This document shows, piece after piece, positions 39,442 to 49,999 of a stretch of DNA of 49,999 nucleotides (position 1 is its first letter; the number at the start of each line of letters is the position of its first letter). Both the position numbers and the translations under genes were made by a program. The notes below the pieces were generated by a model. That model had not been told where the DNA came from and searched no databases. It was given only the letters and a program-made list of their open reading frames with translations. This stretch comes from Octopus sinensis (Eukaryota), in assembly GCF_006345805.1 (NCBI RefSeq), contig NW_021834584.1, positions 1 through 49,999 of the forward strand, written 5' to 3'.

Positions 39442-39479
39442 TCTTTTACGTTTCGAGCCTACGCTCTTCAACAGAAAGG
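39442..39479 (-). ncRNA. A6U-family hammerhead-like motif
   Basis: Minus strand: CTTT-CTGTTGA-A-GAGC-GTAG-GCTC-GAAA-CG-TA-AAAG. Confidence 0.5.
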
Positions 39480-39553
39480 AATACAGAACTAAACAGGGAG
39501 AGAAAATAGAAAAAGGTTTCATGGCTAGCGATCTATCATGGCGAATGCCGGAC

Positions 39554-39636
<83 letters not shown>

Positions 39637-40005
39637 CATATATATAAATATATACAAGAAATAATATTTGTCTCCTTTTACCAATGCTTCTTTATATATA
39701 TAATATATATATATGATATATATATATATATATACACATACAAGAGTTACGGAATGGAGTATGGAGAATCCGGGCTACATATGTCTCATAACGAGTGTAT
39801 ATATATATATATATATATATATATTACAAAATATACTTCCTTCTAGTGATGATAGCATGAAATTGTATTACTATCACTAACTTCTTTGCCATCATTAGTA
39901 CAAGCGAAACCGTCGACTATGTAAATATCTATTTTCCTATATATGTATATATATATATATATTATGTATGTATATATATACACACACACACACACACACA
40001 TATAG

Positions 40006-40041
<36 letters not shown>

Positions 40042-40084
40042 TGTGTGTGTGTGTATGTGAAATAGAAATATATATACTTACATT

Positions 40085-40160
<76 letters not shown>

Positions 40161-40163
<3 letters not shown>

Positions 40164-40324
40164 GATGGGCTTCTTTCAGTTTCCGTCTATCATATCCTCT
40201 CACAAGTCATTGGTCGGCCAAACTTTATAGTATAAGACATTTGGCCAGATATCAAGCAATGAGACTGAACCCGGAACCTTGTGGTTGGGAAGCAAGCTTC
40301 TTACCACGCAGCCATGTTTGTGCC
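40161..40324 (-). mobile_element. SINE family 1, 5' part
   Basis: Reverse complement of the family head. Confidence 0.8.
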
Positions 40325-40419
40325 TATGGACGTGTGTTTTGGGCTATGTCGCTTCAATGCATGTCTCTGGCATCTCAGAGTTATTTATTTTTGCCTCATT
40401 TTTAGCCCAGTCAACATAT

Positions 40420-40582
40420 GCACAGGAGTGGCTGTGTGGTAAGAAGTTTGCTTCCCAACCACATGGTTCCGGGGTTCAGTCCCACTGCGTGGCACCTTGG
40501 GCAAGTGTCTTCTACTATAGCTTCGGGCCGACCAAATCCTTCTGAGTGGATTTCGTAGACGGAAACTGAAAGAAGCCCGTCG

Positions 40583-40615
<33 letters not shown>

Positions 40616-40830
40616 TTGGTATTTGTGCCTGTGATTGTCCTCCCACCCCACCCTCGCTTGACAACCGATGTTGATGTGTTTACGTCCCGTAAATCAGCGG
40701 TTCGGCAAAAGACTTCGATAGAATAAATGCTAGGCTTACAAAGAATAAGTCCCGGGGTCGATTTGTTCGACTAAAAGGTGGTGCTCCAGCATGGCCTCAG
40801 TCAAATGACTGAAACAAGTAAAATAATAAA
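40420..40830 (+). mobile_element. full-length SINE family 1
   Basis: Head with A/B boxes, CORE-like segment, body and tail. Confidence 0.9.
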
Positions 40831-41209
40831 ACAATACTAACAGATACTAATTTAATAATATTAACACCTTATTCCTGCTCAGCCTTTTAAATGATAGATG
40901 GAGATCGATGTTATTTCTCAGAGATACACTATTTTATCAGACAAATTTATCGCAACAACTAAACCTCACCAACAAGATGAACCAAAAGTGTATAAAATAC
41001 ATGAAAATTAGAAGAACTTCAGTCTGAAGACCGACGAAGCTTCGAAGTCACTATCATTCTTTACGTGGCAAAATACATTCTACTTAAATATATTAACTAG
41101 AGTTTTAATTAACTTCTGACAGCTTTTGTATATAACTAAATATTAAATCAATTATTTATATGTGTGTGTATGTTTACACGTACATACATATACTCATATA
41201 TGTGTTTGT

Positions 41210-41333
41210 GTGTGTCATTATTCAGTTTCTTTCAAGATTTCTTGCCAATAGAGAAAGAACCGGTTTCTAACATAGATCTAAGGCCCCTTCATTGGAATTT
41301 CAACATCAAAAGCAAGGTATTTTTGTTTGTGTG

Positions 41334-41366
<33 letters not shown>

Positions 41367-41600
41367 AGATTTGTATGTTTTGTTTTATCTATGCCTTCTC
41401 ATGCATATAGTTGCATATCTAGACATGCTCATATATATATTTAAATGATAAACTTCTGGAAAGTTTTACAGATTTGTACAGTTCCAGTGATGGATTGGAT
41501 CTGTAGTCTTCGAATTAGCTTTCTCCTTTCTGGATTTGAGAAGCCTAATTTCTCAAGAATGGTATTTAGGCACTGTGTTACATATCCCAGGTCCTCTATA
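41210..41600 (-). mobile_element. R4/Dong-like LINE 3' end (inverted relative of 44140-44700)
   Basis: Reverse-complement homology to both the coding tail and the 3' UTR of the copy at 44140-44700. Confidence 0.75.
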
Positions 41601-41670
41601 ATTACAGGTGTAAACATATGTATGTATAAATGTATATATGTATGTATTATGTATGTTGTATGTACGCAAG

Positions 41671-41752
<82 letters not shown>

Positions 41753-43216
41753 CACATACACACACATATATATATAACATGCATACACACACACACATAT
41801 GTAATCTAGTATAAATTCATTTTCATATAAACCTAAGTATTATGCTTTCAATATTAAAACAGGAGTTTATCAGAATAAAAGGCGCCATTATTCTCGGCTG
41901 GAGGGAGATTAAATATAACATTCAAATTCAGAATGATAGCCTTATCGCCATAAACATACGAGTGAAATGTTAGAAAAGCAAGATGGTGGGGGGGTAGAGA
42001 CTCTATAGCTTATAGAATGAAGAAGAGGCAAGAAAACAAATGAATGCAGATATTAGGACTCCTCTTCCAGCCTTTTACAATCTATCGATCTTATTTGTAT
42101 CTCTGATCCTAAGTTTTAAACAATACTGTTTAAATAATTTTAATTTTTATGTAAGCTTGTTTCTATATAAGATAGTTAACGCTGAATTTTACTTTGTTTA
42201 ACATTGAGATATATTACTGAAATGTAGGCAGCTTTAAAATGTCAAATTTCCATCTAAAAGCTTATCTTTTCAATTATATTTTCATCTCCACTCGAAACTC
42301 TCAGCTCCCCTACTTCGTTGCTTTTTTTCCTTCCTTCTACAATATCATATCTGTGCAACAAATTCTTTCTCTGTAGCTTAGATCCATAGTAATAAATATA
42401 TGTAGACATGTAAGGTATTATGTAAGTAAATTCCTGTTTGACGTTAATCTCTTGATGTATTATTGGTGTCTTTAATTTCGTTGAGGACGCCATTGTTCTA
42501 CCACATGAGTTTGATTCAAAACCACCTCACTCACTTCCCTCTGAAGCCTAACCGATAAAAACTTACTGAATTCAGTTGTCTTCGAGCCAAGCTGCTTGAA
42601 AGACCCTGAACAAAGCTGCACAGGAAGTTATTCCCGGTTGTATATGCAATCGTCCATATTCTGCGCAGTTGAAACACGTGTAGGACGTCGTAACCATAGA
42701 AATGTGCTATATGCGGATGTACCAGCCTCCATATTCTCTATCGTTATAATTATGATTAAACACACACACACATACACACGCACACACACACACACACACC
42801 ACACACACACATATATATATATATATATACATACATACATACATATATACATACATACATACATACATAGATATATTATATATATATATATATATACACA
42901 TATTAGTAATATAATAAGAGTAAATAATATCTTTAATGGTTTTTTTAAAAAAAAACAATTATTTACTGGTAGATTTCGGCTTGTAAATATAACCATTAAC
43001 GGTAGGAACTTCTATAAAAGTTCAATATATATTTTTGTATATAAATAAAAAAGGCAGGCAACAGGTTGCTTACCCACATACCGAAAAAATTAGAGATAGC
43101 AGTCAAAGACTGTTTATTTCTATTTTCTACAAATGAGACTCTACATATGACATATCCCTGTAATTCATATATGCAAAACAGAAGGAAGAAATAACGAAAG
43201 CAAAGTCTAACGGTCA

Positions 43217-43283
43217 TTTACGAACGCGTTTCTAGATTAGAAATATAATAAAATATAAATTCCATGTCTTTCATCAGCGTAAA
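43217..43283 (-). ncRNA. minimal type I hammerhead motif, core intact
   Basis: Minus strand: TTTACG-CTGATGA-A-AGA...TCT-A-GAAA-CGCG-TT-CGTAAA. Confidence 0.8.
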
Positions 43284-43432
43284 CCTCCACTAAAATAGAT
43301 TTATCAAATGCTACGTACCTCCACTTCGCGATCAGGCGACATCGAAATAGTGGAAGAAAGCAAGCATAGGTTAAACCTATATAGACGATTGAATCCGAAA
43401 TTTTCCCTCCAAAAAATCTATTTTAGTGAAGG

Positions 43433-43499
43433 TTTACGCTGATGAAAGACACGGAATTTATATTTTATTATATTCCTAATCTAGAAACGCGTTCGTAAA
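43433..43499 (+). ncRNA. minimal type I hammerhead motif, core intact
   Basis: TTTACG-CTGATGA-A-AGA-CAC-GGAAT...ATTCC-TAA-TCT-A-GAAA-CGCG-TT-CGTAAA. Confidence 0.8.
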
Positions 43500-43677
43500 T
43501 GACCGTTAGACTTTGTTTTCGTTATTTGTTCCTTCTGTTTTGCAAATGTGAATTACAGGGATATGTCATATGTGGAGTCTCATTTGTAGAAAATAGAAAT
43601 AAACAGTCTTTGACTGCTATTTCTAATTTTTTCGGTATGTGGCTAAGCAACCTGTTGCCAGCCTCTTTTATTTATAT

Positions 43678-43763
<86 letters not shown>

Positions 43764-43906
43764 TATTTATATATATGTATACATATATATATATATAAAT
43801 ACATATACATATATACATATATATATACATATATACATATATATATATACATATATTATATACGTATATAGATAGATATACACACAAAAACACACACACA
43901 CACACA

Positions 43907-43939
<33 letters not shown>

Positions 43940-44139
43940 AGAGATCATATAAATACCAAAGGTACGTTTGTACATATATGTATTATAAATTATCGTTCAT
44001 TTAATGTAATGCTGTTTCCCGTGTATACATACGTGAATGTATTCATACATACATACATACATACATACATACATACATACATACATACATACATACATAC
44101 ATACATACATGGATACAAACAAACAAACTTACACACATA

Positions 44140-44700
44140 TGATATGGGAGAGAGAAGAGAAACTGTGCACAGCTGAGGAAATCAGCTGCCCAGCAGATGT
44201 TAACATAAAACTGAAGATCAGTGAAAAAGAGAACACCTATGGCGAACTATGAGAAATCTGCAGTTACTCTATCAATATTACAAGTTCAGGTTTATACCTG
44301 TAATTATTGGGGCGCTGGGATATGTAACATACTGCCTAAATACCAATCTTGAGAAATTAGGCTTCTTAAAACTAGAGAAGAGAAAACTAATTCGAAGACT
44401 ACAGATCCAATCCATCACTGGAAATGTAAAAATCAGTAAAACTTTCCACTAGTTTATCCGTTAAATACATATGAGCATGTTTAGATATGCAACTATATGC
44501 ATGAGAATACATACATAAAGCAAAACATACAAATCTGCATACATGCACACATACATATATACATACATACATACATACATACAAAAATGCCCTCTTGTTA
44601 ATGTTTAATTCCAATAAAGGAGCCTTGGATCTAGGTAAGAAACTAGCTCTTTCACTATTAGCAAGAAACCTTGAAATGAAACTAAATGATGACACACTCA
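44140..44700 (+). mobile_element. R4/Dong-like (RLE) LINE 3' end
   Basis: EISCPADVNIKLKISEKENTYGEL, then RNLQLLYQYYKFRFIPVIIGALG...LQIQSITG, then a 3' UTR ending in (CA)n. Confidence 0.8.
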
Positions 44701-44853
44701 CTCAGACACACATACACACACACACTCACTCACTCACTCTCTCACACACACACACATAAAGAGAGCAGGAGTGAGAGAGATCAGATCCTAGTCGTTATCT
44801 ATACAACAGACCCACGAAACAGACGAGCTCTCTGATAATATATATATATATTA

Positions 44854-44884
<31 letters not shown>

Positions 44885-44887
44885 AAA

Positions 44888-45268
44888 GCGCAGGAGTGGC
44901 TGTGTGGTAAGTAGCTTGTTTACCAACCACATGGTTCTGGGTTCAGTCCCACTGCATGGCACCTTGGGCAAGTGTCTTCTACTATAGTCTCGGGCCAACC
45001 AAAGCCTTGTGAGTGGATTTGGTAGACGGAAACTGAAAGAAGCCCGTCGTATATATGTATATATATATATGTGTGTGTGTGTATGTTTGTGAGTCTGTGT
45101 TTGTCTGGTGTGTTTATGTCCCCGTTACTTAGCGGTTCGGCAAAAGAGACCGATAAAATAAGTACTGGGCTTACAAAAGAATAAGTCCCGGGGTCAAGTT
45201 CCTCGATTAAGGGCGATGCTCCAGCATGGCCGCAGTCAAATGACTGAACAAGTAAAAGAGTAAAAGAG
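44888..45268 (+). mobile_element. full-length SINE family 1
   Basis: GCGCAGGAGTGGCTGTGTGG head through the (TAAAAGAG)2 tail. Confidence 0.9.
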
Positions 45269-45270
45269 TA

Positions 45271-45332
<62 letters not shown>

Positions 45333-45739
45333 ATATGTATATATGCATATACATACACACGCACACACACATACACACACACGCATATGTATTTATGCAT
45401 TTTCCTCCATACGCGATTATAAACTGGTATTCTGTATCTTAACCATTATTACACTTATATTTTCGCTATTTGTGAATACGTGCACAACACACACACACAC
45501 ACACACACACGCACTCTCTCAATCGCTTTCATTCTCTCTCTCCTCTCTTTTTTCTCTTTCTCTCTCTGATTCTCTCTTTCCAATTCTTTCTCCCCCTCTC
45601 TCTCTCTCTCTCTCCCCCCATCTCTCTCTCTCTCTCTCAGAGTATATTTTACATAACATCTTATCATCAACGTTTGTTTTTTTCTTCCTCCCCCCACAAC
45701 TCTTTTCATTTCCCTATTTTTCTGCCTTTGGGAATCTCT

Positions 45740-45811
45740 TTATTGTTGTTGTTGCTGTTGTTGACGTTGATATTATCATTTTTATCATTATCATTATTAT
45801 TATTATCATTA

Positions 45812-45848
<37 letters not shown>

Positions 45849-46100
45849 TATTATTATTATTATCATTATTATTTTATTATTTATTGTTTATTATTATTAT
45901 TATTGTTATTATATTATTATTATTGATTATATTATTATTATTATTATTATTATTATCATCATTATTATTATTATTATTATTATTATGTTATTATTATTAT
46001 TATTATTATTATTATGTTATTGTTATTATTATTTATTGTTATTATTATTATTGTTATTATTATTACAATTACTAATATTCTTATTGTTATTTTTTATGCC
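45740..46100. repeat. (ATT)n microsatellite
   Basis: Seen directly. Confidence 0.95.
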
Positions 46101-46872
46101 TGTTCTGTGTGTTTGTTTCGTTTCTTTTTTATATTATCATCTCCATTTTTTTTCCAGTTTCTTTTCTTTATTTTTTGCATCTTTTACATACTGTTTTTCT
46201 TTTTTCATTCAATTATTTCTGTATTGTTAACTCGGTCATTAAAATCTTATCCCTTATCGCCATCAGAATAATTTTTTTACTCTCCTTTTTTCCACCATTT
46301 TCTTTTTTTTTTTTCTTGCTCCATTTCACTCCTACTCCTCTTCCTCACCCCATCGCCTCCTCCTTCTTCTCCTTCGTATTCCACATCTTTTCTTCTTTTC
46401 CTCCTCCTCCTCCTCCTCCTCCTCCTCCTCATCATCATCATCATCATAACCACCAATGCAATCCACACAATATCCGTCATCATCATCGCCATCGTCTTTA
46501 TCTCCATCATTGATGTCGCTGGTTTTGTCATCATCATTATTATTGTCAGCGTCGTCATCATCATCATCATCGACGTTTTCAATCCAAAGGATTTTTTTAA
46601 CCAATTATTCTACATGTTATTATTTATAGCTTTTTCTACTTCGAGTTCCAGCTTTACGAAGTGAGTTATTTCACGTTCTCTTGAACATTCTAAATTCTTA
46701 GACTGTAAACTTTGTGTATGCGTGTGTGAGAGTGTATGTGTGTGTTAGTGTGTGTGCGTACGTGTAGTGTAGTGCAGTGTACATATATATGTAATATAAT
46801 ATTATATATATACATATATATATGAAAATATATGAATACATATATATATATATTAATATATGTATATATGTA

Positions 46873-46938
<66 letters not shown>

Positions 46939-47225
46939 CATATATATATACATATGTATAGTAATTCGAGGGGGTTATAACCTCATTAGTGATTATGTAA
47001 TCCCAAAATTCCACTGAGCTTCTACAACTTATAATCAATTTATTTGTATTGTAATATCTTCAAAACATTTTTCCAACATATTTTTAAAAAATAAATTTTT
47101 CATACACCCAATACTCTCCATTTTCTTTCCTACAATATATGTATATATATATTATATATATATATATATATATAAACATTATATATAATACACAAACACA
47201 TGTCTAACATATATATGTTACATAC

Positions 47226-47269
<44 letters not shown>

Positions 47270-47315
47270 ATATACATATAATACCACACACCTAGTCTAC
47301 ATATATATGTACTTA

Positions 47316-47359
<44 letters not shown>

Positions 47360-48453
47360 GTTATATATATATATATATATATATTACTATTGATATATAC
47401 GCATATATATCCTAACATTTTCTTTACTTAGACACTTTTCTAACTCCCTCTTTTTCTTTTTGTTCCCATCCTCTCTCTTTCTCGTCTCTCTCTCTCTCTC
47501 TCTCTGTCTCCCTTTTCTTTCTGTGTTCCTCGATGTATATAATATATTTGTACATACACACAAACTATCACTTTTTCCCTACGTCCGTTTCATGGTTGTG
47601 ATTACTTGCATCCTCTGCAAATAATGCAACTGAATAATGGTGCAGAACTGAAAATAGCTGGTTGCAAATGCAGTTTCAAATTCTGCATGCAGCGGAAACA
47701 CTTGTCAGTCGTATAAATCCATTATAACGTAAAAATAAAAATAAAATATAAGAAAATCTAAAAATATGAAAATGAGCCAATCTCTATATTCTTTCAAATT
47801 GTTATTTATATATATGTGTGTGTGTGTGTGTGAGTATATATATATCGTTCCTATAATGTTAAACTACTGTATGTCCAAATTCGGCCAAATGCGTCTTTGT
47901 TTTTCAATATTTATTTTTGTTTGCAATAGGTACTTCTATTGATCAAACTATCGTATCTCCAGCTGCTTCAGATGCCAAGATAACAAAAATTGCCTCAGTG
48001 TACTACAACGATTTTGCTATGGAATGATGAAAATATTTTTTCGTTTTCTGAAAAAGCGACGTTTCGGACTTTTGAAACTTTTGCATAATAGCAACGATAT
48101 ATATAATATTTATATATAAATATACACACACACACATATATATATATATACATATGCATATATATACATATACATATACACACACACATATATATACATA
48201 TATATATGTTTACATGTATATATATATAATATAAATAAAATATATATGCATATATAAATACTTATATGTACATACATCCATATATACGTATATACATATG
48301 CATATGAGGGCACAGGACGTCACGGAACGTAAACAACATAAAAAACGAAAACGAAAGATACGAAATATGAATACAATTACATGGAATATGAACATTTTTT
48401 TGCAACAACGAAAGAAACAACTGGAAAACAAGACAAGCAACATAACGAACGGT

Positions 48454-48498
48454 CTCTTCGTCAGTTGTCAGCTGTTTTTTTTATTCCGTATTTCGAGC
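48454..48498 (-). ncRNA. 5'-truncated permuted hammerhead motif
   Basis: Minus strand: CTC-GAAA-TACGG...TGACAA-CTGACGA-A-GAG. The cleavage strand is replaced by microsatellite. Confidence 0.45.
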
Positions 48499-48540
48499 AG
48501 TACATACATACACACACACACACACACATATACATACATG

Positions 48541-48598
<58 letters not shown>

Positions 48599-48736
48599 AT
48601 GATGTTGAGAAATTAGATATTAATTTAATAACATCGATTTCACAGCAGTGGTCTAGCATCTAAAAAAAACTGAAGGTTCAGTAAAATTGTATTATATACA
48701 TATTAGAGGCATAAGGGTGTCCACATAGTGGTTCCC

Positions 48737-48774
<38 letters not shown>

Positions 48775-49917
48775 TATAATATAATATATATGTAATATAT
48801 ATATGCATATGTATATATATATATATATATGTATCTATCTATCTTTCAATCTATCTATCTATCTATTATATAATAATAATATATATATATATATTAATAT
48901 ATATATATATATATACTATATACATCCTATATATGTATATATATATGTATCTCTCTCTCTCTCTCTATATATATATAATATGTGTTGTGTGTATGTATAT
49001 ATATATGTAGCTATCTATCTATATATATATATATATATATATCTATATATATATATAATATATATATATATTATATATATAACAAATAGTGAGAGATTAT
49101 CAATCTAGAAAAAAAATACTTCCTAAGCTCTTCAACACCAGGCTGATAATATTGTTTAGATTAGTGAAGAAAGTAGCAATAATCTTCCATCAGTTGACCA
49201 AGAGACCGATTGAGTAAATCTATCAGTAATGAACTTATAATGACTACTGGAAACAGCCGTAAGCCAAATTGGCTTCGATAAAGAATAAATATGTAACGAT
49301 TATTAGCTTTAACTTGGTCCTTGTATACATATTTGTATGTATGTATATCTTTATACGTGTGTGTGTGTATGTGTGTGTGCGTTATTCGTTCTGCATTTTC
49401 TTGTCTCTCAACCAGTATTTCTCCCATATTCTTTAAATTTTCCTTCCTTCCTTTCTTAATCATTTTTCTCTTTCAATCTTATCATTTTCCCATCGATGTT
49501 TCCCAACTTGTCCGTCTGCCTGTCTGTCAGTCTGCCTATCATTCATTCTTTCACTCCTTCTTAGATTCATTCATTCCTTTGCAATTCCTTCTCTTCTTTC
49601 TCATCACTTTCTTCTCTTTCCCCTACAATTTTAGACTTTCTTTCTTCCTTCCTTCGTTCCTTCCTTTCTTTCTACCTCTTTATCTATCTACCTTTCTTTC
49701 TTCTTTCTTTTTCTTTCTATCTATCTACCTTCTTTCTTTCTTTTTTTCTTTCGTTCTTTCACTTCACACATTCTTCTGTATGGCTTTTACGGTCCCTTTT
49801 TCCCTTAAATACTCATTATTATCATTGCTATTATAACTACTATTATTATTATTGTTGCTATTGTTGTTGTTGTGGATGTTGTTGCTGTTATTCTTGTTAT
49901 TGCTATTATTATTATTA

Positions 49918-49967
<50 letters not shown>

Positions 49968-49999
49968 TTGATTGCCGATTACATTTCCTCAGCCTAAGT

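Larger units (their letters stand above)
43036..43680. repeat. long inverted repeat (about 267-bp arms, 111-bp spacer) of a hammerhead-bearing Penelope-like element
   Basis: Arms at 43036-43302 and 43414-43680 are near-identical reverse complements. Confidence 0.92.

Noticed and set aside
8261-45268. tRNA-like A/B boxes as possible tRNA genes
   Set aside because: They are SINE heads attached to repeated bodies and tails, with no complete cloverleaf or acceptor stem.

Overview
AT-rich eukaryotic DNA, dense in microsatellites. The SINE and repeat make-up looks like an octopus/coleoid cephalopod genome (recognised from memory, not by search). The only protein-coding piece I can support is one 90-bp minus-strand exon of the bHLH-PAS gene single-minded ([30 protein letters not shown], 2031-2120). 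I could not find the flanking sim exons, so most of the window is probably one very large sim intron. It is filled with tRNA-derived SINEs, LINE remnants (CR1-like, Tx1-like, two R4/Dong-like families), a DD36E Tc1 remnant, a mariner deletion derivative, two Helentron-like non-autonomous elements and a solo LTR. The standout signal is about 19 hammerhead-ribozyme-like motifs in short Penelope-like repeats. Twelve are type I or type III-like: several intact minimal type I motifs and a 4-copy family with a U at core position 6. Seven, from at least three sequence families, have the three hammerhead strands in a non-circularly permuted order (cleavage strand, then GAAA strand, then CUGANGA strand), with compensatory base changes in stems I and III. 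All ribozyme calls are by-eye pairings; activity is untested.
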